Shown piece after piece: positions 54,901 through 64,000 of a stretch of DNA of 64,000 nucleotides (position 1 is its first letter; the number at the start of each line of letters is the position of its first letter). The notes under the pieces were generated by a model. It had not been told where the DNA came from. It saw nothing but the letters and a program-made list of their open reading frames with translations, and did not search any database. Origin of the DNA: Antedon mediterranea (lineage: Eukaryota > Animalia > Echinodermata); contig NC_092677.1 in NCBI RefSeq assembly GCF_964355755.1, positions 146,101-210,100 on the forward strand, in the 5' to 3' direction. A program made the position numbers and the translations under genes.

Positions 54901-55643
54901 ACGTCCCGTGTAACATGGTCTTCATCGTTGCTAACATCTTTTAATTGTTGTCTCAACTTCTTTCTTTCTTCTAATAGTTTAGCTTTACTTTCAGAGTATT
55001 TTTCTTGTTCACCATACCTGGAAGATTGCTTATGTCTAAGTAGCTAAGGAAAATAAGGCTTTAATACTATGGACATTGTCTTATATTAAAGCTAATAGTA
55101 ATACTTATATCTACTAACACATATATCCACAAGTGTATCTAATAGGTAGATGTTTGCAATAGTAACAGTCAGTTTTATACCAAATTATATTAAAATGCAT
55201 ACTTTCTCTACTTTATGTTAATTGTGAATATATGACCTTAAAACTTAAAATATCAATTCACAGTGTAAAAAGGATACAAATCCAAGTTGCCTTTAACAGT
55301 GGCTGTAGTTTGTGCTGAGTGAACATGCTGTGTAATATATTTCCAGATGTCTGCCAACTGTCCACGACAAATGCTGAAAATATACAACAAAAACAGGTTC
55401 TGATCATAGATCTGAAAAATATTTCTAAATATTGTATTTATAAAAACTTTAATTAATAATTTAAAATACATAATTGATAAAAAAAAAAGTAAAATGTATT
55501 TAGTGAATAAATTACCTAGTAAATTGTTCTTGGGAGGGTACTAGTGAATTGCTATATCTTCCCTGTGGAACAAAATGCATTTCATTAACAGCCCACTCAT
55601 GTAAGCATCTTGCTGCCTCCTTTTGCTTTGAAGACGACGTCAT
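48991..55643 (-). CDS. HAUS5: HAUS augmin-like complex subunit 5, multi-exon
   Basis: N-terminus EAARCLHEWAVNEM..ICRGQLADIWKYITQHVHS..VKGNL, internal YKAPECLL, C-terminus WLEQPSQHLTPWV..EWLTKW. Exons checked: 55516-55643, 55278-55373, 54869-55035, 49776-49917, 49290-49422 and 48991-49108; middle exons only partly traced. Confidence 0.87.
50070..50177. mobile_element. Short MITE (AAGCTTGGTTCCCACT TIR)
   Basis: TAAGCTTGGTTCCCACT...AGTGGGAACCAAGCTTTA; related remnants at about 49190-49265, 49983 and 26130-26290. Confidence 0.65.
50475..51285. repeat. 83-bp tandem array, about 10 copies, in a HAUS5 intron
   Basis: Unit CATGAACTAGACAGCACC(A/G)AGACACGATGAGTGATGATAAACAATCAACACATCCAAGGGGGGACACCGGCAAAAAGGTGACA; it explains the repeated short ORFs spaced 83 nt apart. 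Confidence 0.95.
51350..51461. mobile_element. Partial MITE, same family as 41823-41975
   Basis: Ends in AGTTTGATAGTGTAGACAGAGCTT. Confidence 0.6.
52388..52732. repeat. 43-47-bp tandem array, 7-8 copies, next to a HAUS5 donor
   Basis: Unit TACTATCAGTAAAACATCTAA(T/C)ATCTACACAACTAGATTGTGTTA with variants. Confidence 0.88.
53190..53419. mobile_element. MITE-like inverted-repeat element
   Basis: CTATGAAGCCTAATCCTGC..TGAATATAAATATA at the left end pairs with TATATTTATATTCA..GCAGGATAGGTTTTCGTAG at the right end. Confidence 0.6.
55036..55277 (-). other. U12-type (minor spliceosome) GT-AG intron in HAUS5
   Basis: Donor GTATCCTTT; TTCCTTAGC branch-like motif directly before the acceptor TAG; no long pyrimidine tract; splicing restores the reading frame. 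Confidence 0.8.
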
Positions 55644-56598
55644 TTTTTTATCTTGCTAAATTGCCAATACTTGATTTTCTGAAAATATAAACGGTACAAA
55701 TCATTTATAGAACGTATTCTTATTAAATCATAACACGCATTTGTGTAATCTGATCTGGGACAGAATTATTCAAACAAAAAGTTTGTCTTCTTTCTTCAAT
55801 CGATCGTCTGGTATGGTTCAATCGATCATCAATTTAATTAACCATGCTTCTCTATATTTTTTTAGTAGGTGTTGTTACAGTAGTATTATACTAGGCTAGG
55901 CCTAGATTACCCAACCAACTATCAAGCAGAAGAGAAGACTTCCAAAATGTTTTAACTGACTGAGCATTTAAGTATATGGATTCGTAGCACTAGAACTATA
56001 GTTAATTAGGCCTAAACTAAGTTGGCGCGGCCCTACTATAGTTCTACTATAATATACTACTAATACACTTTAGACTAGTAACTAGGCCTACTTTGACACA
56101 GTGAGAGGGCCTAGCTAGTAGTAGTAGTATGTAGTAGCATGGAGTGAAGGGTGATTTGAGTAAAGTAGGCTTAGCCTCTACTAGATAGTATAGTAGGCTA
56201 CTACTACTACTACTATACTAACTAAGCCTAGCTAGCTAGTAGACTGCTACTAGTAGCAGGTCACTAGGGAATACAAATGTTTCTATCAGCCCTAACTACA
56301 ATATGGCTGTCATACCTAGTAGGCAGGTTTAAACATACACTTTATTTCTATCAGATGAAACACATGTACGTAAACAAGCAGCGGAGTACAAAATCATACA
56401 TACATATAGCCATAGAGATTCATATTCACCGGGTTTTCCCGCCGACATGTTTTTCATACCTCCAAAAACTCTAGAGGGGGTAAGATTGTGAATTTGTGAA
56501 AGGAGAAAAAATTGAAGAGAGATATGATTGGATTGAATTGCGTTGACGATATTGTTGACAGTCAAAATTTGTAAATAATTGCTGAAAAACCTGTTTGC

Positions 56599-59500
56599 AT
56601 GGCATCTACTGCTGTAGAAGGTGATATAGAAATACCACAGTTACCTAAAGGAAAGTGAGTAATTTGGTTGGTCATTAATTTATTTGGTCGCTTGTTATAT
56701 AAAGCATGTTTTACCAACTGTCATTGCCAGGCCTTACTAGTAGGCCTAGGCTAGATGTCTTAGCTTGTTACAATTATCGTCCCCGGCTTCTTCGCCTGGA
56801 TCCGACGTGAGACTCTGTGGTCAATTCATCCCGAGGATGACGTGGCCACATAAACATTACACTGGAAATGCAAAAGGCATTCCGATTTATATATTGAAAA
56901 AAAGAGTGTACATTAAAAACAAGGGTTTGCTTTCTTTAGTAAATGTGTTTATTTAAATTGGCCGAAAAAATGTGTTTGCAGCCAAGAGTTGACCAAAAAA
57001 AATGATGTAATTATTATTATTATATGTCAATATGAGAGTACTAAATAAATACTGATTAAATTAGTTAGAACAGACTTTTCAATGATTGTCTGTGTGAATG
57101 GAGGTTTAACTGAATACAATATTTTATTCATTTAAATGTTTCTATATTTTCATTTTAATTTAACAGAATGTCAATTCAGCTTTCTAACGCTGGTGTACGT
57201 GAGTGGGTACAAAGTAGACGAGACACTATTCAACCATGGCCAAAGTTTTTAAATTTTAACAAATTTGGAAAACCCAAAGATGGCAAGGATTTGGTGAAGA
57301 GAGTTGTTCATAATATCACTCTCTATCAGAGCAACTATTTATTTGTATTTATAGGACTGGCAATTTATTGCCTGTAAGTTTAAAAAATAATTTATTTCTT
57401 TTTTTAATAAAAGAAAGCTAGCCAATTATGGCTTTTCATTGTTATTAGCATTGTAGCAACATATTAATACATTATTAGAAAGTTTTAATTTAATGTTACT
57501 GTATATATTTATGTGACCATTAAACCATTAACTATATATATACGGACAATTTGATTTATTTTGATATAGATTGACAACTCCCTTGCTTGTGGTGGCTCTA
57601 GGTGTGTTGTTTGCTGCCTGGTATCTAGTACATAGTAAACTGGGAGGAAAGAAAATAAAAGTTATGGGTAAGTAGTTATGATGTGTCTCATTTAATCATA
57701 TCCCAAGATTCATATGCAACTACAGTTGAACTGCTCCATTGGGACACCCTTAGGAGACCTTTTTGGTTCCCTAAGCTCTCCCCTTAATAATACTGTACTG
57801 TAATTATTGCAACTACAGTAGAACAGCTTCATTGGGACACCCCTAGGAGACACTTTGTTGGTTTCCTAAGCTCTCCCCTTAATAATACTGTACTGTAATT
57901 ATAGCAACTACAGTAGAACTGCTATATTGGAACACCCCTAGGGGACACTTTGTTGGTTCCCTAAGCTCTCCCCTTAATAATACTGTACTGTAATTATTGC
58001 AACTACAGTAGAACAGCTTCATTGGGACACCCCTAGGAGACACTTTGTTGGTTCCCTAAGCTCTCCCCTTAATAATACTGTACTGTAATTATTGCAACTA
58101 CAGTAGAACAGCTTAATTGGGACATCCCTAGGGGACACTTTGTGGTTTCCTAAGCTCTCCCCTTAATAATACTGTACTGTAATTATAGCAACTACAGTAG
58201 AACAGCTTCATTGGGACACCCCTAGGAGACACTTTGTTGGTTTCCTAAGCTCTCCCCTTAATAATACTGTACTGTAATTATTGCAACTACAGTAGAACAG
58301 CTTCATTGGGACACCCCTAGGGGACACTTTGTTGGTTCCCTAAGCTCTCCCCTTAATAATACTGTACTGTAATTATTGCAACTACAGTAGAACAGCTTCA
58401 TTGGGACATCCCTAGGGGACACTTTGTGGGTTCCCTAAGCTCTCCCCTTAATAATACTGTATGTAATTTTGTTATTACAGGTCATGAACTAACAATGGCT
58501 CAGCAGTATGGCTTGCTCTCCACCATGTCTTTACCATTGTTCTTTCTGGCAGGAGGGACATCAGCAATATTCTGGGTTTTAGGTAAGTTATTGTCATATT
58601 ATACATTTAGCATATATTAAAAATAAAATTTTTGTTGCCTGTAATAAATTACCATTCCCTAACATATAGAGTAACATAGTATTTACATGAACATTCTAGA
58701 ATAAGATGTTTTGATTTAAACCATGTATAATTAATAAGAACAATCAAGAACATTCCAGAAGTGCTATTAATAGAAACTGTAATCATGTAATAATGAGAAG
58801 TATAAAGAATGATCTAGAAGGATAGGAGCATCTTGTATATAAAGGGTTGTAAACTATTGTAAGGTTGTTGGATTAGAGGTTGGATTAGAGGTTGGATGTT
58901 ATATTGTAAAGTCATTGTGAAGCTGTTGTTTAAAGTGCTTACTGGATTGTTGAAAGTTGAAGTTGATTGAAATTAAAGCTTTGTTTTTGAGTTATTTTAC
59001 AACTTTGTGGATTTTGTGTGTATACTTTTATGTCACAAGGGAGTTCCTAAAGTATTTTCAACCGCTCGGAAACATACGTGAGAGGAGTTCGTGACATAAT
59101 TTGGTGGCAGCGGTGTTCAGCCTAATTTGGTGGCAGCGGTTATTTCGATCTACTGTTCGACTTAACTGTGTATTTATCTACAGTACTGTTGTGATATTTT
59201 GTGGTAGCAGTTTGATCTACTGTATTTTGCCATAGATTGGTGGCTGTTTAGGATCAACTGTACTTTTATTGATATTTTGAGGAAGTGGTACTTACGATAC
59301 TGAGATATTTTACGGAAGCCGTGGTGCTACGTTTTGTTTAATCGTAAGTACACAAACATTGTTTTAAGAACAGTACATTATTTATTTGGAACAGTAGACT
59401 TGTGAACGTCTCGGTAACTACGATTAACTAGTAACAAGACCCTCATCCAGATTTAAAAAATGGCTGATAAACAATCAACAACAAGATCCGGTAGAGAATA

Positions 59501-62462
59501 CAGCGGCGGCGATGAAACTGATTCGGATGTAGAATCAGTTCAATCAATTCAACCTGAACAACAGGCAGAAGAGTCTGGACCAACCAGTGGACATAACCCT
59601 ACAGGGGCTGACTCATTTTCAAAAGATTTTTTGTTGTTGATGCAGCAGCAAATGCAACAGCAGAATATTATGATGCAGCAGATGATGAAACAACAAGAAC
59701 GTTCACGTCAAGAAGATAATGAAAGACGTCGGGAAGATATAGAGAAACAAGAACGTTTACGCAAAGAAGATATGGAAAGACAAGAACGTTTACGTAGGGA
59801 AGATATGGAGAAACAGCAAGCATTAGTAATGGCGTTAATGGACAAGCAAAAGGACAGTGAGGAGAAACGATTAAAAGACATAATGAGATTGAAGGAAGTT
59901 CAGATTGCAAAGCTTTCTGATAGTGATGATATTGAAAATTATCTCACTACGTTTGAACGAATTGCTAACACCTATGAGTGGCGAAAAGAACACTGGGTAG
60001 TAAAACTAATACCTCATTTGACAGGCAAAGCAAGAGCAGCCTATGCATCACTACCAGTGACAGAAAGTAACCAGTACGACATAGTGAAGAAAGCAATATT
60101 ACAAAGGTATGACATAACTGAAGAGACATATAGGCAAAGGTTTAGGTCAATTAAAAAGAAAAGTGAAGAAAGTTATAGAGAAATGTATGTTAGGTTAAAA
60201 GATTTATTTACTAAGTGGGCTAGACCTGCTGATAAAAGCAAAGATGATTTAGCTGAAATTGTTATTTTAGAGCAATTAATAGATATTATGCCCACAGGGG
60301 TACAAATTTGGGTTAAAGAACATAAACCAGATTCTGGATTAAATGCTGCGGAATTAGCAGATAATTATTTTCAAGCTAGAAAAGGTATCGATTTTGAGAA
60401 AAAGTTTCAAAATAGAAAACACGAAAATAGAAACAACCAGGAGAAAACAGTGAAAGGCACTCCTGAAGTTGACAGTAAGGGTAATAATAATCCCCCTGAT
60501 AACTTTCATAAATCACAATCTGACGCTAGACAACCTCTCGTTTGTAGACGGTGCAAAAAAGTAGGCCACATAGAACGATTTTGTCGAAGTAAGGATGGCT
60601 TTTTGTCGACAAAGACAGATACTGTTTCAAAACCATGTACACCTTACATTTGTAGAGGCCTAGTTGAAGGGTGTGATTGTGAAATTTTGATAGACTCTGG
60701 ATGTGATATGACACTTGTTCATTCTGATTTAGTAGCGGCTAAGAAAATTAATCGCGCGGAGCAAGCTAAAATTACATGCAGGTGCGTCCATGACCATGTC
60801 CAAGCCTATCCTACTGCATTCGTCAATATTAAGATTAATAACGAAGACCATAATTTGTTGGTTGGCGTTTGCAGCGATTTACCAAGAGATGTAATTCTTG
60901 GTAGGGACTTTCCTAAATTTGGAGACTTATTAGGGAAGAGGGATAAGAATCATGATAGGCATAGTTTTGTTGCCACTAGAGATCATGCTAGAAAAGAAAA
61001 ACTAAGAGAGGAAAACGAATTAAAGTCGGAAAAAGCTTCTGGGGTTATTTCACATCAGTTAGATGATGTGGTTAATTTTCAAGAAGAATTTGGACATTTA
61101 GATGGCCAAATACTCAGTGACAACCCTCCCAAGGAAAAAGTTCATAAAACCAGTAGTGAGAAACGAAAAGTTAGGAAAGAGTTTGCAAAAACAAAGGAAG
61201 CTCAATCTAGCCAAGATAGTGAATTAGACATTTTAGATATTGGCAGAGATAAAATTAAGGATTATCAGGTTAAGGATAGAACTTTAATTTCACTTCGAGA
61301 ACAGATGTTAGTACAGAAGGATGATGACACTATAAAGATAGTCTGTAAGGATGGAATTTTATTTAGGCATGTTTTTACTAAACACCAGACAGAACCCATA
61401 GAGAAATTAGTGGTTTTATATCATTGCAGTGATAGTGTTTTGAAATTTTCACATGATATTTCGTTGACAGAGTATTGTAAAGCCTCAAAGTATAAAACTA
61501 AATTTAAGGATTTTATGATTCCTATGTCAGTAATTGTTAGTGAACCATTCCGACAAATTTACATGAATATTGTTTGTTCATTATTAGTAATTATTAATTA
61601 TTATGTTGTATGTTATTATGGCGTATTTAAGTTTTATAGACTAGGAGTGGGTTAAATTTTGCCACGTCCGTGTATACTAGCCCCTCAAAACTCCAAGAAA
61701 GAGTTTTGAGCTCAGAAAGAGGGGGGAGTGTAATAAATTACCATTCCCTAACATATAGAGTAACATAGTATTTACATGAACATTCTAGAATAAGATGTTT
61801 TGATTTAAACCATGTATAATTAATAAGAACAATCAAGAACATTCCAGAAGTGCTATTAATAGAAACTGTAATCATGTAATAATGAGAAGTATAAAGAATG
61901 ATCTAGAAGGATAGGAGCATCTTGTATATAAAGGGTTGTAAACTATTGTAAGGTTGTTGGATTAGAGGTTGGATTAGAGGTTGGATGTTATATTGTAAAG
62001 TCATTGTGAAGCTGTTGTTTAAAGTGCTTACTGGATTGTTGAAAGTTGAAGTTGATTGAAATTAAAGCTTTGTTTTTGAGTTATTTTACAACTTTGTGGA
62101 TTTTGTGTGTATACTTTTATGTCACAAGGGAGTTCCTAAAGTATTTTCAACCGCTCGGAAACATACGTGAGAGGAGTTCGTGACATTGCCGCAAAATAGT
62201 AACAGACATAGCAGTATGTATGGCTGGTTTATTGATTTCCCACACACATTTAAAGTAATTTATCCAATTACAATACAGATATGAGAAAATGTGTGAACAA
62301 AAGTTTCAGTTAATATTTATAAACCTCTTTTCTTTTGCTACTACAGGAGCATCATTTTCGTTCATAATGCTGCATGCATCTCTTTTGGCAATTGAAGTTG
62401 CTGAAGACGAAGAGGAATTGATGATGGAGTCTGTATTAACTATTGATGACGCCCCACAGTAA
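56599..62462 (+). CDS. RABAC1: Prenylated Rab acceptor 1 (PRA1 family), 5 exons
   Basis: Exons 56599-56654, 57167-57373, 57570-57667, 58481-58582 and 62347-62462. Peptides REWVQSRRDTIQPW, NITLYQSNYLFVFIGLAIYCLLTTPLL, SLPLFFLAGGTSAIFWVLGAS..HAS and EDEEELMMESV. Confidence 0.93.
57715..58460. repeat. 95-bp tandem array, about 8 copies, filling RABAC1 intron 3
   Basis: CCCTTAATAATACTGTACTG recurs at 57781, 57876, 57971 and onward; the array ends about 20 nt before the acceptor at 58480. Confidence 0.94.
58688..58843 (+). promoter_or_regulatory. LTR U3 promoter with two perfect heat-shock elements and a TATA box
   Basis: tGAAcaTTCtaGAAt (58688-58702), aGAAcaTTCcaGAAg (58747-58761), imperfect GAAtgATCtaGAA (58807) and TATATAAA (58836). 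The same set is present in the 3' LTR. Confidence 0.7.
59460..61655 (+). CDS. Gag-protease polyprotein, 731 aa: coiled coil, SCAN-like capsid, CCHC knuckle, aspartic protease, eroded integrase N-terminus; no RT or RNase H
   Basis: YRQRFR..LEQLIDIMP..WVKEHKP..AAELADNY (SCAN-like), CRRCKKVGHIERFC, LIDSGC..VILGRD, then EPFRQIYMNIVCSL resembling the integrase PFxxIxMDIVGPL motif. Confidence 0.9.
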   Translation: MADKQSTTRSGREYSGGDETDSDVESVQSIQPEQQAEESGPTSGHNPTGADSFSKDFLLLMQQQMQQQNIMMQQMMKQQERSRQEDNERRREDIEKQERLRKEDMERQERLRREDMEKQQALVMALMDKQKDSEEKRLKDIMRLKEVQIAKLSDSDDIENYLTTFERIANTYEWRKEHWVVKLIPHLTGKARAAYASLPVTESNQYDIVKKAILQRYDITEETYRQRFRSIKKKSEESYREMYVRLKDLFTKWARPADKSKDDLAEIVILEQLIDIMPTGVQIWVKEHKPDSGLNAAELADNYFQARKGIDFEKKFQNRKHENRNNQEKTVKGTPEVDSKGNNNPPDNFHKSQSDARQPLVCRRCKKVGHIERFCRSKDGFLSTKTDTVSKPCTPYICRGLVEGCDCEILIDSGCDMTLVHSDLVAAKKINRAEQAKITCRCVHDHVQAYPTAFVNIKINNEDHNLLVGVCSDLPRDVILGRDFPKFGDLLGKRDKNHDRHSFVATRDHARKEKLREENELKSEKASGVISHQLDDVVNFQEEFGHLDGQILSDNPPKEKVHKTSSEKRKVRKEFAKTKEAQSSQDSELDILDIGRDKIKDYQVKDRTLISLREQMLVQKDDDTIKIVCKDGILFRHVFTKHQTEPIEKLVVLYHCSDSVLKFSHDISLTEYCKASKYKTKFKDFMIPMSVIVSEPFRQIYMNIVCSLLVIINYYVVCYYGVFKFYRLGVG

Positions 62463-62535
62463 GGTACATATTGATGATGGAGTCCGTATTAACCATTGAT
62501 GACGCCCTAGAATAAGCTATTGATGATGGAGCCGT
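62420..62535. repeat. About 50-bp imperfect triplication spanning the RABAC1 stop codon
   Basis: TTGATGATGGAG(T/C)C recurs at about 62418, 62471 and 62520; the third copy is partial. Confidence 0.75.
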
Positions 62536-64000
62536 TGGTCTCGGAAATAAAAATATTTATAGACGCAGTAATAATAATTTAAAGAATACTGATACCACAC
62601 ATTAAATACCGTAGTTGAGAATCTTTCAAAAATACCTTTTGTTTTTGTTTGTTTTTCTTTTGTTCTTGCACTTGAAAATAAAGTGCACTATTTTGATGTG
62701 TATGTGATTGTAAATTAAATGGGTTTGAAATTTATGTCATGGTGTATGGTGTTATAATAACAGTAATGTACTATCCAAATTCTAATATTTTTGTTGTTTT
62801 ATTATTAATATGGTATACCCCAAATGTTTTGTTCATTATTCGACATCATAATCAATAAAATATACAACAAATATTGACAATCCTGGCCAGGAGCAGCTTA
62901 AGAAAAATACATTGCTGTAACTCAAATGAGCCAGTTATCTCTAGTATATAAAATAAACTGTAAGTAAAATTTCTATAATCTATATAAACCCGGATTTCTA
63001 TTTTATCGTTTTAGTTACAATTGTGAACAAACATATTTAGACCTGTTTTATTTGAACATAGTTTTTTGTATTAAATACATTTATATTTTCGCTTAAATAA
63101 AAGAATTGTTTATTTATATCAGCTTTGTAAATAATTTTATTGTATATTGTTGTTAAGCAAGCACTCTATTTTTCCAACATGGGCAGCTGTTAAAGCTCTA
63201 CCGAGTTTACTCGACACCAAAGATTTCACATCGTGAGCAGCTGTGAAAACATAACTATCATGTTTATACCGAAGATTTCATAATACTGTAATAATATTTT
63301 CATTGAGGATTTTTTAAATCTGAACAAATTTTTACAAACACAATTTATCATGATTAATTTCTTTATTCATGGTAATAAATGTTCACATCAATCTTTTGTC
63401 AGCATAAGTTCATAGTGAAACCACTCATGAATTATACTAAGTATACAGTTATTTTTAATTAGCTCTTAACATATTAAATCATAATATAGTTTACACAGTA
63501 CTCTAAAAAGAAACACATGATAAAACTACAGAAACATAAGACATTCATTTAAATACACTACCTTATATTATCACTAGAAATACTCTTTATTTAAAAACCT
63601 CTTTATTCATTGTTATACTTTAATTATACTATTTTATTCTTTATAAAAATATTAGAAATATACAGTATGATATCTATCTTTAAAAAAGAAACAATGGAGA
63701 ATAGAATTACATAAATCGTTGGTTTAATTTTCATTCAAAATTGAGGAAAACTGTATCAGGAACTATATGAATTTAAAGCTTTGTATTTATATACAAAAAC
63801 ATGACAAGAATTTCGCTTTATAGTACTGTACTGGCAACATTTTTAATTTAATATTAAAACTCCATAAAATACACCAAAAGACAAATCCACATTTAATGTA
63901 CAGTTTATTAATTTTTATTGTCAGTTTTTGTCCAATTTTTATAACCCAAATTAAAACATTTGACTTGTAACTAGGATTTGTGTTCAATTACCATTTTGCA

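Larger units (their letters stand above)
58640..62185 (+). mobile_element. Ty3/Gypsy (Gmr1-type) non-autonomous LTR retrotransposon in RABAC1 intron 4
   Basis: 457-bp LTRs TG...CA at 58640-59096 and 61729-62185 with no difference seen; TTGCC TSD; tRNA-Leu-type PBS at 59102; PPT AGAAAGAGGGGGGAG at 61714-61728. Confidence 0.97.

Noticed and set aside
59460-61655. Domesticated SCAN/Gag host gene
   Set aside because: Identical LTRs, TSD, PBS and PPT show that it is a recent mobile insertion.
62800-64000. Possible further gene at the right edge
   Set aside because: Only AT-rich UTR-like sequence; ORF 63787-63987 has no recognisable features.

Overview
AT-rich, intron-containing animal genomic DNA; the gene structures and repeats suggest an invertebrate, possibly an echinoderm (inference only). 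Nine spliced housekeeping genes were reconstructed by hand: COG8 (-, runs off the left edge), ARCN1/delta-COP (-), ZNF511 (+), U2AF1 (-), PSENEN (+), CFAP126 (-), EIF3F (+), HAUS5 (-) and RABAC1/PRA1 (+). They are interleaved with MITEs, two truncated LINEs, a 5.5-kb Mutator-like element, two foldback structures built from 97-bp units, many intronic tandem arrays and a very young Gmr1-type LTR element. Main observations: (1) U2AF1 intron 2 carries a dense array of decoy 3' splice sites around a poison micro-exon, a candidate autoregulatory circuit; (2) the LTR element encodes only Gag and protease, and has identical LTRs, heat-shock elements, a doubled PBS and an integrase remnant turned hydrophobic; (3) a 2.9-kb foldback starts 12 bp from the U2AF1 start codon, and a motif near its end recurs at the same distance from the COG8 start codon; (4) a COG8 exon end plus splice donor is amplified about 32 times; (5) TAGGCCTA/CTAG tracts mark the 5' introns of most genes. 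All coordinates and counts were read by eye; no searches were run.
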